Source: Clostridia bacterium
GTDB lineage: Bacteria > Bacillota > Clostridia > Saccharofermentanales > Saccharofermentanaceae
Length of the DNA stretch: 64,000 nt
Assembly (NCBI GenBank): GCA_024403775.1
Contig: JAKSRE010000008.1
Location: 22,096-86,095 of the forward strand
Direction of reading: 5' to 3'
Shown: positions 27,885-37,079 of the stretch, one piece after another
Numbering within the stretch: position 1 is the stretch's first letter
Layout of the letters: each line of letters opens with the position of its first letter
Made by a program: the position numbers and the translations under genes
Notes under the pieces: model-generated
Told to the model about the DNA's origin: nothing
Databases searched by the model: none
The model's input: the letters and a program-made list of their open reading frames with translations, nothing else

Positions 27885-27947
27885 CGTCACAAAGAACTTG
27901 AATATACGTCACAATTTTTGTGACGTATAGGGCAAAGATTTGTGACG
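27885..27947. promoter_or_regulatory. symmetric four-site module: CGTCACAA x2 (22-bp spacing), 3 nt, TTGTGACG x2 (22-bp spacing)
   Basis: 8-mers at 27885, 27907 (forward) and 27918, 27940 (reverse complement). The module is symmetric about 27916 and lies between two convergent terminators. Confidence 0.6.
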
Positions 27948-28002
27948 CAGCCGCCTCGTCCACCTCTTCAGTAGCTACAACCAAGCTAACATTATTTTTA
28001 TT

Positions 28003-28043
28003 CCAAAATAAAACTGTCTCAAAACCCATAGGCTTTGAGACAG
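28003..28043 (-). terminator. intrinsic terminator of mscL
   Basis: On the - strand: ctgtctcaaagcc-tatg-ggttttgagacag followed by ttttatttt. Confidence 0.85.
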
Positions 28044-28069
28044 TCACAAAAACATCTAAAAATTTCAAA

Positions 28070-28495
28070 TTACTTCTTAGCGAGTAAATCTCTGATCTCT
28101 GTAAGAAGCTTCTCCTCGTTAGAAGGCTCAGCTGGTGCAGCAGCAGCTTCTTCTTCCTTCTTCTTACCAATTGTTGAGAGCTTGTTCATACCCTTGATGA
28201 GGCAGAAAAGAACAACTGCGAGGATGAGGAAGTTAATAATAGCTGTGATGAAATCACCATAGTTAAGACTCAAAGCTGTTCTAGCCTCGAGATCAAGACC
28301 TGTATAATCAACCCATGGAAGCTTAATAAGACCAGCAACCTCAGCGCCACCAAATGAAGCAATGAGTGGATTGATGAAATCTGTTGTCAAAGCAGTAACA
28401 ATACCACTGAAAGCACCACCGATAAGAACACCGATAGCCATATCCATTACATTACCCTTAAGTGCGAACTCTTTAAATTCCTTTAATAAACCCAT
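28070..28495 (-). CDS. mscL: large-conductance mechanosensitive channel
   Basis: MGLLKEFKEFALKGNVMDMAIGVLIGGAF N-terminus and a second TM (FLILAVVLFCLIK). The start is moved to ATG 28495, behind ggagaag. Confidence 0.92.
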   Translation of the reverse strand: MGLLKEFKEFALKGNVMDMAIGVLIGGAFSGIVTALTTDFINPLIASFGGAEVAGLIKLPWVDYTGLDLEARTALSLNYGDFITAIINFLILAVVLFCLIKGMNKLSTIGKKKEEEAAAAPAEPSNEEKLLTEIRDLLAKK

Positions 28496-28513
28496 AAACA
28501 CTTCTCCTTGACA

Positions 28514-28550
28514 TAAAAATATGCGCAACGTCATTTACATTGCGCATATA
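28514..28550 (-). terminator. hairpin plus T-run between the P-loop gene and mscL (terminator or attenuator)
   Basis: On the - strand: atatgcgcaa-tgtaaatgac-gttgcgcatat followed by tttttat. Confidence 0.55.
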
Positions 28551-28572
28551 GAATACCATAAACTTTAATTAA

Positions 28573-28980
28573 TTAACAGAAAGACTTAACAGATTCTGGC
28601 AAATCATCTGTAGCGCCGCTCAAGATAACTGTAATAGTGATAGAAGAAGCTGCTGCGAGCTTATCAAGTGCGGCGATAAAGTCAGCAAGCTTAGCAGAAT
28701 CATCACACTTAGCAACCTTTGAGATGCTGTCGATATAGATGTGTGTCAAATCATAATCTTTAGAACAAATTCCACAAATAAAAGCGAGAAGCTGATCGTA
28801 ACCAGTACAAGGATACTCTTCGATGTTAATTAATCTAACCTTGCACTTTAACAACTGGTCCAAACGATTGCCTCTCTCGATGCATACAACATTACTGTCT
28901 TCAATAGCAACCTGGTTAATATCATCAACCAACTTTGCTGTTTTTCCTGTACCTTTCTGACCTGCAATAATCTTAATCAT
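28573..28980 (-). CDS. hypothetical small P-loop NTPase
   Basis: 135 aa with Walker A GQKGTGKT and the hydrophobic strand IYIDSI (Walker-B-like). RBS aaggagac upstream. Confidence 0.6.
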   Translation of the reverse strand: MIKIIAGQKGTGKTAKLVDDINQVAIEDSNVVCIERGNRLDQLLKCKVRLINIEEYPCTGYDQLLAFICGICSKDYDLTHIYIDSISKVAKCDDSAKLADFIAALDKLAAASSITITVILSGATDDLPESVKSFC

Positions 28981-29104
28981 AGTTGAAGTCTCCTTTAAGT
29001 GTTATTTGATTGGTTTTATTTTACTAGAATTGTTGTCTATTTTGAATAGTTAAATGTGTAAATTTTTAATTTATTTTGTGAAATTTAACAGAAAAGTAGA
29101 AAAT

Positions 29105-29133
29105 TTGCTAATAATAATAATGTGTGGTACAAT
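29105..29133 (+). promoter_or_regulatory. candidate sigma-A promoter of the rimP-nusA-infB operon (TTGCTA-17-TACAAT with TG extension)
   Basis: ttgcta at 29105-29110, a 17-nt spacer ending in tgtgg, and tacaat at 29128-29133. Confidence 0.5.
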
Positions 29134-29162
29134 AGTTGAGTTTTAAGAGAAGTTTCTTTTTG

Positions 29163-29201
29163 AACGGACTGTTTTGCGGTCCGTTTTTTGTTTATTTTTT
29201 T
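29163..29201 (+). terminator. leader terminator/attenuator upstream of rimP
   Basis: aacggac-tgttttgcg-gtccgtt followed by ttttgtttattttttt. It lies between the candidate promoter and the rimP ATG. Confidence 0.6.
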
Positions 29202-29221
29202 AAGATTTTTAAGAGGTATTA

Positions 29222-29725
29222 ATGGCAAAACGATCAAAGATTGCACAGCAGGCTTATGACCTGGCAAAACCTTATGCTGAGGAATTAGGACTGGAACTTA
29301 TCGATGCAGAATACAAAAAGGAAGGGCAGGATATGTACCTTCGCCTTATCGTTGATAAGGAAGGCGGAATGTCATCAGATGACTGTGAGAGACTTAGTAA
29401 GATTGTGGATCCGATTTTCGATGAGAAGCTTAATAGCGATGCCGATTATTTTGAGGTATCATCACCAGGACTTACAAGACCACTTACAGAGGCAGATGAC
29501 TTCAGACGTTATCATGAGGAATTGATTGAGGTAAACCTTTTTAAGGCTGTTGACGGACATAAGAGCTTTTTGGCAAAGATTAAAGAGGTTAAGGACGATT
29601 CAGTAATTTTCGAAGTTATTGAGAATAAGAGTATTAATAAAGCAGTAACCAAGTATGTAACGGTAGCAGAGCTTGATATCAAGTATGACATGCTCTCAAA
29701 AGCTGTAAGACATATAGAGTTCTAA
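29222..29725 (+). CDS. rimP: ribosome maturation factor RimP
   Basis: 167 aa. Conserved position before nusA, and a typical N-terminus (..ELGLELIDAEYKKEGQDMYLRLIVDKEGG). Confidence 0.88.
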   Translation: MAKRSKIAQQAYDLAKPYAEELGLELIDAEYKKEGQDMYLRLIVDKEGGMSSDDCERLSKIVDPIFDEKLNSDADYFEVSSPGLTRPLTEADDFRRYHEELIEVNLFKAVDGHKSFLAKIKEVKDDSVIFEVIENKSINKAVTKYVTVAELDIKYDMLSKAVRHIEF

Positions 29726-29746
29726 TAAATTTTTTGGAGGTTTAAC

Positions 29747-30934
29747 ATGGCAAAGGATGATGAGAACAAGATCAACGTTTTAGAGGCTATCAAGGCTCTT
29801 GCTGAGGAGCGAGGAATTGATGAAGAGAAGCTTATTAGCGCTGTTGAGGAAGGTATCGTAACAGCTTTTAGAAGAGAATTCTCAGCTTCAAAGACAAACG
29901 AGAATGTATATGCAGAAATTGACAGAGAAGATGGAAACATCTCTCTTTATAAGGTAATTGAAGTAGTAGCAGAAGTTGAAGATCCAGATAAGGAGATTTC
30001 TCTTGAGGAAGCTAAGAGAATGGATCCAGAGTTTGAGATTGGTGACGAGTTCGAGATGAGCCTTGATGTTGAGAATCTTGGTAGACTCGCAGCTACAGCA
30101 GCTAAGAGTGCAATCTCACAGAAGATTCGTGAGGCTGAGTTCGAGAGAATTAAGTCTGAGTACGAGGGCCGTATTGGTGAGATGACTTCAGGTAAGATCC
30201 TTCGCCGTGACAACAGATGTGTATATGTTGATATTGAAAAGCGTAATAATAAGAACTTTGACGTAGATACAATTACATCAAGAACAGAGGCTACACTCTC
30301 ACAGGATGAGAAGGTTAAGACAGAGAACTATAGAGAGAATGCTGTTATGTACTTCATTATTAATGGCGTTCAGGAGCAGAAGGGTCGTCCTTCAGTAAAC
30401 CTTTCACGTAAGTCACCTGTTCTTGTAACAAGACTTTTCGAGCTCAATGTTCCAGAGATTTTAAGAGGCGAGGTTATCGTATATAACGTAGCTCGTGAGG
30501 CTGGTTCAAGATCTAAGGTTGCTGTTTACTCAAGAAGCGAAGGCGTTGATGCTAAGGGTTCTTGTGTAGGACAGAGAGGTCAGAGAGTACAGGCTGTTAT
30601 GGATGCACTCCAGGGTGAGAAGATTGATATCGTTGAGTGGAACGAGGATCCAGCAATCTTCATTAAGGAAGCTCTCCAGCCAGCTAAGGCTTCAAGCGTA
30701 GAGACAGAGATTACTGTTCGTGAGGATGGAACAGAGGAGAAGACAGCTCTCGTAGTTGTACCAGATTCACAGTTCTCACTTGCTATCGGTAAGAGTGGTC
30801 AGAATGTTCGTCTTGCAGCTAAGCTTACAGGCTTCAAGATTGACATTAAGAAGGAATCTGATTGTTCTTCTGTAAATGTAGATGATATTCTTAACGATTT
30901 TGTTCCAGAGGAGCAGGCAGAAGAGAATAACTAA
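29747..30934 (+). CDS. nusA: transcription termination/antitermination factor NusA
   Basis: N-terminal domain, S1 domain and two KH domains (LAIGKSGQNVRLAAKLTGFKIDI). Confidence 0.95.
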   Translation: MAKDDENKINVLEAIKALAEERGIDEEKLISAVEEGIVTAFRREFSASKTNENVYAEIDREDGNISLYKVIEVVAEVEDPDKEISLEEAKRMDPEFEIGDEFEMSLDVENLGRLAATAAKSAISQKIREAEFERIKSEYEGRIGEMTSGKILRRDNRCVYVDIEKRNNKNFDVDTITSRTEATLSQDEKVKTENYRENAVMYFIINGVQEQKGRPSVNLSRKSPVLVTRLFELNVPEILRGEVIVYNVAREAGSRSKVAVYSRSEGVDAKGSCVGQRGQRVQAVMDALQGEKIDIVEWNEDPAIFIKEALQPAKASSVETEITVREDGTEEKTALVVVPDSQFSLAIGKSGQNVRLAAKLTGFKIDIKKESDCSSVNVDDILNDFVPEEQAEENN

Positions 30935-30984
30935 TAGTTATTTATTTACTGAGATTGATTAAGTCAGGAAGGAGGAAAGCTTAT

Positions 30985-31275
30985 ATGATGACCAAGAAGA
31001 AACCACAGCGTATGTGTGTATCTTGTAGAACGAAGAGAGACAAGAAGGATTTACTTCGAGTTGTGCTTCAGGAAGACGGATCTGTTGTATATGATCCAAC
31101 TGGCAAGAAGTCAGGCAGAGGTTCTTATCTTTGTCGAGACGCAAATTGCATAAAGGCCGAACTTAAAGCTCACCGCCTTGCCAAGGGACTAAGGCACATG
31201 GTATCAGAAGAGGAACTTAACAAGGTTGCCTCAAGTGTATTAGAGGAAATTAATAACAGTAATGAAGATGGATGA
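30985..31275 (+). CDS. rnpM: YlxR/RnpM family RNA-binding protein (DUF448)
   Basis: PQRMCVSCRTKRDKKDLLRV and GRGSYLC motifs. ATG 30985 follows ggaaggagg. Confidence 0.85.
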   Translation: MMTKKKPQRMCVSCRTKRDKKDLLRVVLQEDGSVVYDPTGKKSGRGSYLCRDANCIKAELKAHRLAKGLRHMVSEEELNKVASSVLEEINNSNEDG

Positions 31276-31606
31276 TGAAGAAAAAATTCTAAGGTTTCTC
31301 GGACTTGCATCAAGAGCAGGCGCAGTTGAATCTGGTTTTGATGCAGTAGCAGGAGCCATAGTAAAGAAGAAGGTAGAGTTATTGATTATTTCGAGAGATA
31401 TTTCTCGAAATACTTTAAATAAACTTCTCGACTTATCTAATAAGAATGAGATGCCTTCCAGGGCCTATAGCTTCTCTACAATGGAGGACTTAGGATTTGC
31501 AATCGGAAAACCTGCAAGAACTCTGGTAGCAGTAACTGATCAGGGTTTTGCAAACAAGTTAGCAAGTATGTTAGATGCGTTTGAATACAAGGAGGAGGAA
31601 AATTAA
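31262..31606 (+). CDS. L7Ae-family ribosomal-protein-like protein (YlxQ)
   Basis: 114 aa. [13 protein letters not shown] motif. Located between ylxR and infB as in Bacillus. Confidence 0.8.
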   Translation: MKMDDEEKILRFLGLASRAGAVESGFDAVAGAIVKKKVELLIISRDISRNTLNKLLDLSNKNEMPSRAYSFSTMEDLGFAIGKPARTLVAVTDQGFANKLASMLDAFEYKEEEN

Positions 31607-34473
31607 TGAGCGAAGATGCTAATAAACAACCTCAGTTAATTATGGGTGGTGTATCCGGAAACAAAGAGTTCCGTGTTAGACGCGTACATAAGAAAAATAG
31701 TGATGGAGCTAAGCCAGAGACAGAGGCAACTCCAAAGCAGGAAGTTAAGATAGAGGCGCCAAAGGCTGAAAAGGAAGTTAAGGCCCCAGAGGTTAAGGAG
31801 GCTCCAAAGACTGAAGCTAAGGCTGAGGTTAAGGAGACAAAGGAAGTTAAGGAAACTAAGCCTAAGAAGACTTCACCTAAGCCAGTAGAGAAGACTGAAG
31901 AGACTAATAAGCAGCCTGTTAAAGAGACTGTTAAGGAAGCTTTAGAAGCAAAAGCTCCTGAAGCTAAGCCAGTTGAGGCAAAACCAGTTGAAGCTAAGCC
32001 AGTAGAGACTAAGCCAGAGGTTAAGGCTGAGGCTCCTGTTCAGGAGACAAAGAAGCCAGAAACCAAGCCTAGATTATCTTCAGCAGTTATTGCTATGCCA
32101 GATTCTCAGCCACAGACTCAGACAAAGAAGAGTTCTTTTGTAAATCGTGATAACAGAGATGGTAACCGTAATACATACCGTTCAAGTTATAACAGAGATA
32201 ATAATCGTGGCGAAGGCAGAGATTATCGTAATTCTGAAGGCCGTGGTGAAGGCAGAGACGGACGCGGTGGTTTCCAGCGTAATAACGAGGGACGTAACAA
32301 CGGACCAAGAGATAATAACCGTTTTGGCGGCAATAATAACCAGCAGAGAGGCGGCGGCTTCGGCGGCGGTAACTTTGGTTCAAAGGATAAGGATGATGAA
32401 GGAAGTTCACGTCCACTCTCACGTCCACGTAATGCTAAGTCATCAAATAAGTCAGATGCTCCAATCGAAGAAGTAAAGAAGAGCAGAGCTGATTTTGCAA
32501 GCCGTAATGCTAAGGACAAGAAGCGTTATGATAACGAGAATAATAAGCATGAGGGTAACGGCTTTGATAATGATAAGCGTTCACGTAATAAGAATAATGT
32601 AGGTAACTTCAATGGAAGAAGCATGGATTATTCTGATGACGGATACGATTCATACTATGGTGGTAAGAAGCGTAAGAAGTCTAAGAATAACGAAGAGCCA
32701 GCTAATGTTCTTATTGAGAAGATTACAGAGGTTCAGATTCCTGCATTTATCACAGTTAAGGACTTCGCAGAAGGTATCAAGAAGAAGAGTACAGAAGTTA
32801 TTACTGCTCTTATGAAGCTTGGTGTAATGGCTACTATTAACCAGGAGCTTGATTTTGATACAGCTTGTCTCTTGGCTGATGGTTTTGGAATCACAGCTAC
32901 ACTTCTTACAGAGGTAACAGAAGAGGATATCCTCTTTGATGATAACGAGGAAGAGATCGAGGAGAACTTGAAGCCACGTCCACCAGTAGTTGTTGTTATG
33001 GGTCACGTTGACCATGGTAAGACATCACTTCTCGACCATATCAGATCAGCATCAGTTGTATCTGGTGAGGCAGGTGGTATCACACAGGCTATCGGTGCTT
33101 ATACAGTTAAGCTTAAGGGCCGTCAGATCACATTCCTTGATACTCCAGGTCACGAAGCATTTACAACAATGCGTGCAAGAGGTGCTCAGGTAACTGATAT
33201 CGCTATTCTCGTAGTTGCTGCAGATGATGGTGTAATGCCACAGACAATCGAGGCTATTAACCACGCTAAGGCTGCTAATACAGAGATTATCGTAGCTATT
33301 AATAAGATGGATAAGCCAGGTGCTAACCCAGATAAGGTTAAGCAGGAACTTGCTAACTATGAACTCATTCCTGAGGAGTGGGGTGGATCAACAATCATGG
33401 TTCCAGTAAGTGCTAAGTTCGGTCAGGGTATTGATGACCTCCTCGAGATGGTTCTCCTTACAGCTGATGTTCTTGAGCTTAAGGCTGATCCTAAGCGTCA
33501 GGCTAAGGGTACAGTTATCGAGGCTAAGCTCGATAAGGCTAGAGGTCCAGTTGCAACAGTTCTCGTTCAGAGAGGTACTTTGAAGCAGGGCGACAGCGTT
33601 GTATGTGGTGCTATGATTGGTAATGTTCGTGCTATGTACGATGACAAGGGTCAGGCTATTAAGAAGGCTGGTCCTTCTATCCCAGTTGAGATTCTTGGTC
33701 TCCCAGATGTTCCATCTGCAGGTGAGGATCTCTATGCAGTAACAGACGATAAGGTTGCTAGACAGCTCGTTGAGAAGCGTAAGATTAAGCTTCGTGAGCA
33801 GCAGCTCCATAAGAGCTCTAAGATGAGCCTTGATACATTGGCAGCTACACTTGCTGCTGGTGATGTTAAGGATTTGAACCTCATCATCAAGGCTGACGTT
33901 CAGGGTTCAGTTGAGGCTGTTATCCAGTCACTCGTTAAGCTCTCTAACGATGAAGTACATGTTAAGGTTGTACATTCAGGCGTTGGTGCTATCAACGAGT
34001 CAGACGTTGTTCTTGCTGACGTATCTGATGCTATTATCATCGGATTTAACGTTCGTCCAAATGCAACAATCGTTGATAAGGCTAAGGAAGCAAATGTTGA
34101 TATTAGACTCTATGACGTAATCTATAAGGCTATCGAGGACGTTGAGGCTGCTATGAAGGGTATGCTCGCTCCTACATATGAGGAAGTTGTTCTTGGTCAT
34201 GTTGAGATCAGAGAGCTCTTCAAGGTTTCTGGTATCGGAACAATCGGTGGTAGCTATGTACTTGATGGTAAGATTGTACGTAATTGTGGCGTAAGAGTTG
34301 TAAGAGATGACATCGTTGTTTATACAGGTAAGCTTGCTTCACTCCAGCGTATGAAGGATGCTGTTAAGGAAGTTAATGCCGGATTCGAGTGTGGTCTCTC
34401 AATTGAGAACTTTAACGACATTAAGATTGGCGATATTGTTGAGTCATTCGAGATGCGTGAGGTAGCACGTTAA
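31606..34473 (+). CDS. infB: translation initiation factor IF-2
   Basis: G-domain motifs [20 protein letters not shown] and NKMD. The long N-terminal low-complexity region is KE/P-rich followed by an R/G/N-rich stretch. Confidence 0.97.
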   Translation: MSEDANKQPQLIMGGVSGNKEFRVRRVHKKNSDGAKPETEATPKQEVKIEAPKAEKEVKAPEVKEAPKTEAKAEVKETKEVKETKPKKTSPKPVEKTEETNKQPVKETVKEALEAKAPEAKPVEAKPVEAKPVETKPEVKAEAPVQETKKPETKPRLSSAVIAMPDSQPQTQTKKSSFVNRDNRDGNRNTYRSSYNRDNNRGEGRDYRNSEGRGEGRDGRGGFQRNNEGRNNGPRDNNRFGGNNNQQRGGGFGGGNFGSKDKDDEGSSRPLSRPRNAKSSNKSDAPIEEVKKSRADFASRNAKDKKRYDNENNKHEGNGFDNDKRSRNKNNVGNFNGRSMDYSDDGYDSYYGGKKRKKSKNNEEPANVLIEKITEVQIPAFITVKDFAEGIKKKSTEVITALMKLGVMATINQELDFDTACLLADGFGITATLLTEVTEEDILFDDNEEEIEENLKPRPPVVVVMGHVDHGKTSLLDHIRSASVVSGEAGGITQAIGAYTVKLKGRQITFLDTPGHEAFTTMRARGAQVTDIAILVVAADDGVMPQTIEAINHAKAANTEIIVAINKMDKPGANPDKVKQELANYELIPEEWGGSTIMVPVSAKFGQGIDDLLEMVLLTADVLELKADPKRQAKGTVIEAKLDKARGPVATVLVQRGTLKQGDSVVCGAMIGNVRAMYDDKGQAIKKAGPSIPVEILGLPDVPSAGEDLYAVTDDKVARQLVEKRKIKLREQQLHKSSKMSLDTLAATLAAGDVKDLNLIIKADVQGSVEAVIQSLVKLSNDEVHVKVVHSGVGAINESDVVLADVSDAIIIGFNVRPNATIVDKAKEANVDIRLYDVIYKAIEDVEAAMKGMLAPTYEEVVLGHVEIRELFKVSGIGTIGGSYVLDGKIVRNCGVRVVRDDIVVYTGKLASLQRMKDAVKEVNAGFECGLSIENFNDIKIGDIVESFEMREVAR

Positions 34474-34489
34474 TTAAGTCTTATAACAT

Positions 34490-34533
34490 AGGCGGCCCTG
34501 AATAGTCTTTTGGGCTGCCTTTGTTTCTTTTTT
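34490..34533 (+). terminator. intrinsic terminator after infB
   Basis: aggcggccc-N13-gggctgcct (one G-U pair) followed by ttgtttctttttt. Confidence 0.65.
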
Positions 34534-34583
34534 GAGGGGATAACCAATATTATCCCAATTAACCTGATAGGAGGTTTTATACT

Positions 34584-35018
34584 ATGAGACGTAACAGAGC
34601 AGCAATAGTTGGCGATGAGATGCAGAAAGTTATCTCAAGAATTATCGCTAACGATGTTAAGGATCCTCGTATCCCATTTATGACAACAGTTACTGGTGTT
34701 AAAATGTCTTCTGATCTTACACATGCAACTTGCTCAATCTCAGTTATGGGATCAGCAAAGGAGCAGAAGGACTGTCTTGATGCTATTTTGCACGCAACAA
34801 AATTCATAAGAAGAGAGATGTGTAAGCACATTAATCTTCGTGTTGCACCAGAGCTTCATTTTGAATTAGATACTACTTTGGAGAGAGCTTCACATATGGA
34901 TGAAGTAATTAACAGGGTTCGTGCCAAGGATAAGGCTATTCATGAGAAATATCATTCTGACGAAGCTGTTGAAGCTGATGAGGCTGAGGAAGATTCTTTG
35001 GAGAAGGAAGAGGAATAA
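34584..35018 (+). CDS. rbfA: ribosome-binding factor A
   Basis: 144 aa. The RbfA-like core (EMQKVISRIIANDVKDPRI..VTGVKMSSDLTHA) plus an acidic tail. Confidence 0.9.
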   Translation: MRRNRAAIVGDEMQKVISRIIANDVKDPRIPFMTTVTGVKMSSDLTHATCSISVMGSAKEQKDCLDAILHATKFIRREMCKHINLRVAPELHFELDTTLERASHMDEVINRVRAKDKAIHEKYHSDEAVEADEAEEDSLEKEEE

Positions 35019-35020
35019 TT

Positions 35021-36079
35021 ATGCAACTTGAAGCAAGAATGGAAGCTATTGTACTCGGAGCAAAAATAAACGGTATGCTAAAGGATGCGATAAATCTGCC
35101 ATACCAGATTGTTCCAATATTTGTTCACGCAAGCGTTGATGGTGACTGCGTTGGTTCAGCTGCATCAATTGCCATACTTCTTCGTCATTGTGGAATAAAC
35201 GCAGTGATTGCCATGCCTGAGTTACTTCCAGACAATATGGATTTTCTCGGACTTGAAGAGATCGTTGAATATGATACAGATAAGCTTATTTCTATGGCTA
35301 ATGATAATAAGATTCCACTTGGTATCGCTGTAGATTGTTCAGCTTCTTCGCGTATGGGCAAGATGGGCGAAGTTTATGATGTAATAAGCGACAAGCTGAT
35401 TGTTGATCATCATAAGTCATCTGTACTTGAGGGTGATGGAATCTGGGTAGAGCCAGAGGCATCATCAGCATGTGAGATGGTTTATCTCATGTTAAGAGAA
35501 TATGCATATGAATTCGCGCTTCCAATTGAGAGTGTTATTACTCCTGATATTGCACAGTGCCTTCTTGCTGGTATCGTAACTGATACAGGAAGATTTTCTT
35601 ATACAAATACGAAGCCATCTACACTTACAGCATCTGGAGAACTTATGAATCTTGGTGGAGCAATTACACCAGTCTGCTATAACCTTTTCGACAGGCAGAC
35701 AGCGGGTGTAACCAAGCTTGTAGGTTATGCACTTTCCAAGGCAGATCTTTATGTTAATGGAAAGCTCGCTATCACTACTGTATATAATTCAGATTTGATT
35801 AAGTACAATGCTGATGAGAATTCAATCGGTTCAATTGTAAGTACATTGAGAGATATTGATACAGTTGAGGTTGCATTTGTATTAAGAGAATTAGCTGATG
35901 GCAAGGTTCGAGTAAATATTCGTTCCAAGTCAGTTTTTGACTGCTGCGAATTTGCAGGTAACTACGGCGGCGGCGGTCATGTAAGAGCATCAGGAATTAC
36001 TTTCGCCAAAGATAACGAGGTTGGTGATATCGATGATATTGCAAAGGAAATAATTGAGAAGGCATCAGAGCTTCTCTGA
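35021..36079 (+). CDS. nrnA: DHH/DHHA1 family phosphoesterase (NrnA-like oligoribonuclease / pAp phosphatase)
   Basis: DGDCVGS, the DHH motif (IVDHHKS) and the DHHA1 motif GGGGH. Confidence 0.82.
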   Translation: MQLEARMEAIVLGAKINGMLKDAINLPYQIVPIFVHASVDGDCVGSAASIAILLRHCGINAVIAMPELLPDNMDFLGLEEIVEYDTDKLISMANDNKIPLGIAVDCSASSRMGKMGEVYDVISDKLIVDHHKSSVLEGDGIWVEPEASSACEMVYLMLREYAYEFALPIESVITPDIAQCLLAGIVTDTGRFSYTNTKPSTLTASGELMNLGGAITPVCYNLFDRQTAGVTKLVGYALSKADLYVNGKLAITTVYNSDLIKYNADENSIGSIVSTLRDIDTVEVAFVLRELADGKVRVNIRSKSVFDCCEFAGNYGGGGHVRASGITFAKDNEVGDIDDIAKEIIEKASELL

Positions 36080-36095
36080 TAATATTCGAGGGTAT

Positions 36096-37079
36096 ATGTG
36101 TATAAATAATAGTGGTATTGTGCTGATTGATAAGGAAGCTGGAAGAACATCCTTCTCAGTGGATTCAGCAGTCAAAAAAATCATAAATACGCGTAAGGTT
36201 GGTCATAGCGGAACGTTAGATCCCTTTGCGACAGGACTTCTTCCTGTTTTTGTTAATGATGCCCTTAGATTTGTACGTTATACCGACGATTATGATAAGG
36301 CCTATAGAGCAACTGCAGTACTTGGTTTTAGCACAGATTCCATGGATATCGATGGGGAATTTATCGACGGCTATAAGCTCTCAGATAAGAGAATTCTTGA
36401 GCTTTCCCAGAATGATTATGAAGAGATAAAAAATGCTCTTGATAAGATTAAAACTACCAGATTACAGATGCCGCCAAAGTATTCAGCAAAGAAGATTAAT
36501 GGTAAAAAAGCCTATGATCTTGCCAGAGCAGGTGTTGAATTTGAGTTAAAACCGAATCAAATTGAGATTTATAGTATTGATATTCATTCAATTGTGGTAA
36601 GTTCTACAGTATGGGAAGAAAGAGAATATAAGACCATTGAGGTCGACTTTAGTGTCGAATGTTCCAAGGGAACTTATATCAGAACTATTTGTAATGATCT
36701 GGGTGAACTTCTTGGTACAGGAGCTTTTTGCAAGGTATTAAGAAGAACCAAATGCGGACCTTTTTCTGTTGAGGATGCTGTCTCAATTGATGAGGTAAAG
36801 GAACTTCTTGATAGAGGTGAGAATCCTTTTATTCCAGGCGATGAGGCTCTTCAGAAAATGACAGAACTTAAACTTGATGATGTTCAGTTCTCAATGATTA
36901 AGGTTGGAAAGAAACTTAAGGCCAAGCCTTTCCGCCATATACTGGATACTAAGGATGTGGATAAGAGATATCGCGCTACATACATGGGTAAGACCGCAGC
37001 TGTTCTTTATTATTCAGAAGAGGATGTTGACGGAAAAGTTCTTCCTTTGATGCGTATCGAGAGGATGCTTTGGAAATGA
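36096..37079 (+). CDS. truB: tRNA pseudouridine(55) synthase
   Basis: VGHSGTLDPFATGLLPV catalytic-Asp motif. ATG 36096 is preferred over the track start 36054, which overlaps nrnA. Confidence 0.93.
   Translation: MCINNSGIVLIDKEAGRTSFSVDSAVKKIINTRKVGHSGTLDPFATGLLPVFVNDALRFVRYTDDYDKAYRATAVLGFSTDSMDIDGEFIDGYKLSDKRILELSQNDYEEIKNALDKIKTTRLQMPPKYSAKKINGKKAYDLARAGVEFELKPNQIEIYSIDIHSIVVSSTVWEEREYKTIEVDFSVECSKGTYIRTICNDLGELLGTGAFCKVLRRTKCGPFSVEDAVSIDEVKELLDRGENPFIPGDEALQKMTELKLDDVQFSMIKVGKKLKAKPFRHILDTKDVDKRYRATYMGKTAAVLYYSEEDVDGKVLPLMRIERMLWK

Noticed and set aside
27865-28262. ORFs at 27865-28170 (- strand, 101 aa) and 28035-28262 (+ strand, 75 aa).
   Set aside because: They overlap the mscL 3' end and its terminator in other frames, span two terminators, and have no RBS or recognisable motifs.
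24881-28990. Possible mobile genomic island or prophage remnant around the HipA-like gene.
   Set aside because: No integrase, transposase, tRNA target or flanking direct repeats are visible. Only the AT-richness and accessory-type genes point that way, so I do not call a mobile element.
32093-32519. Three overlapping ORFs inside the infB N-terminal region (32093-32428 - strand, 32147-32476 + strand, 32223-32519 - strand).
   Set aside because: They are by-products of the low-complexity R/G/N-rich coding repeat of IF-2. The infB frame is continuous and conserved.
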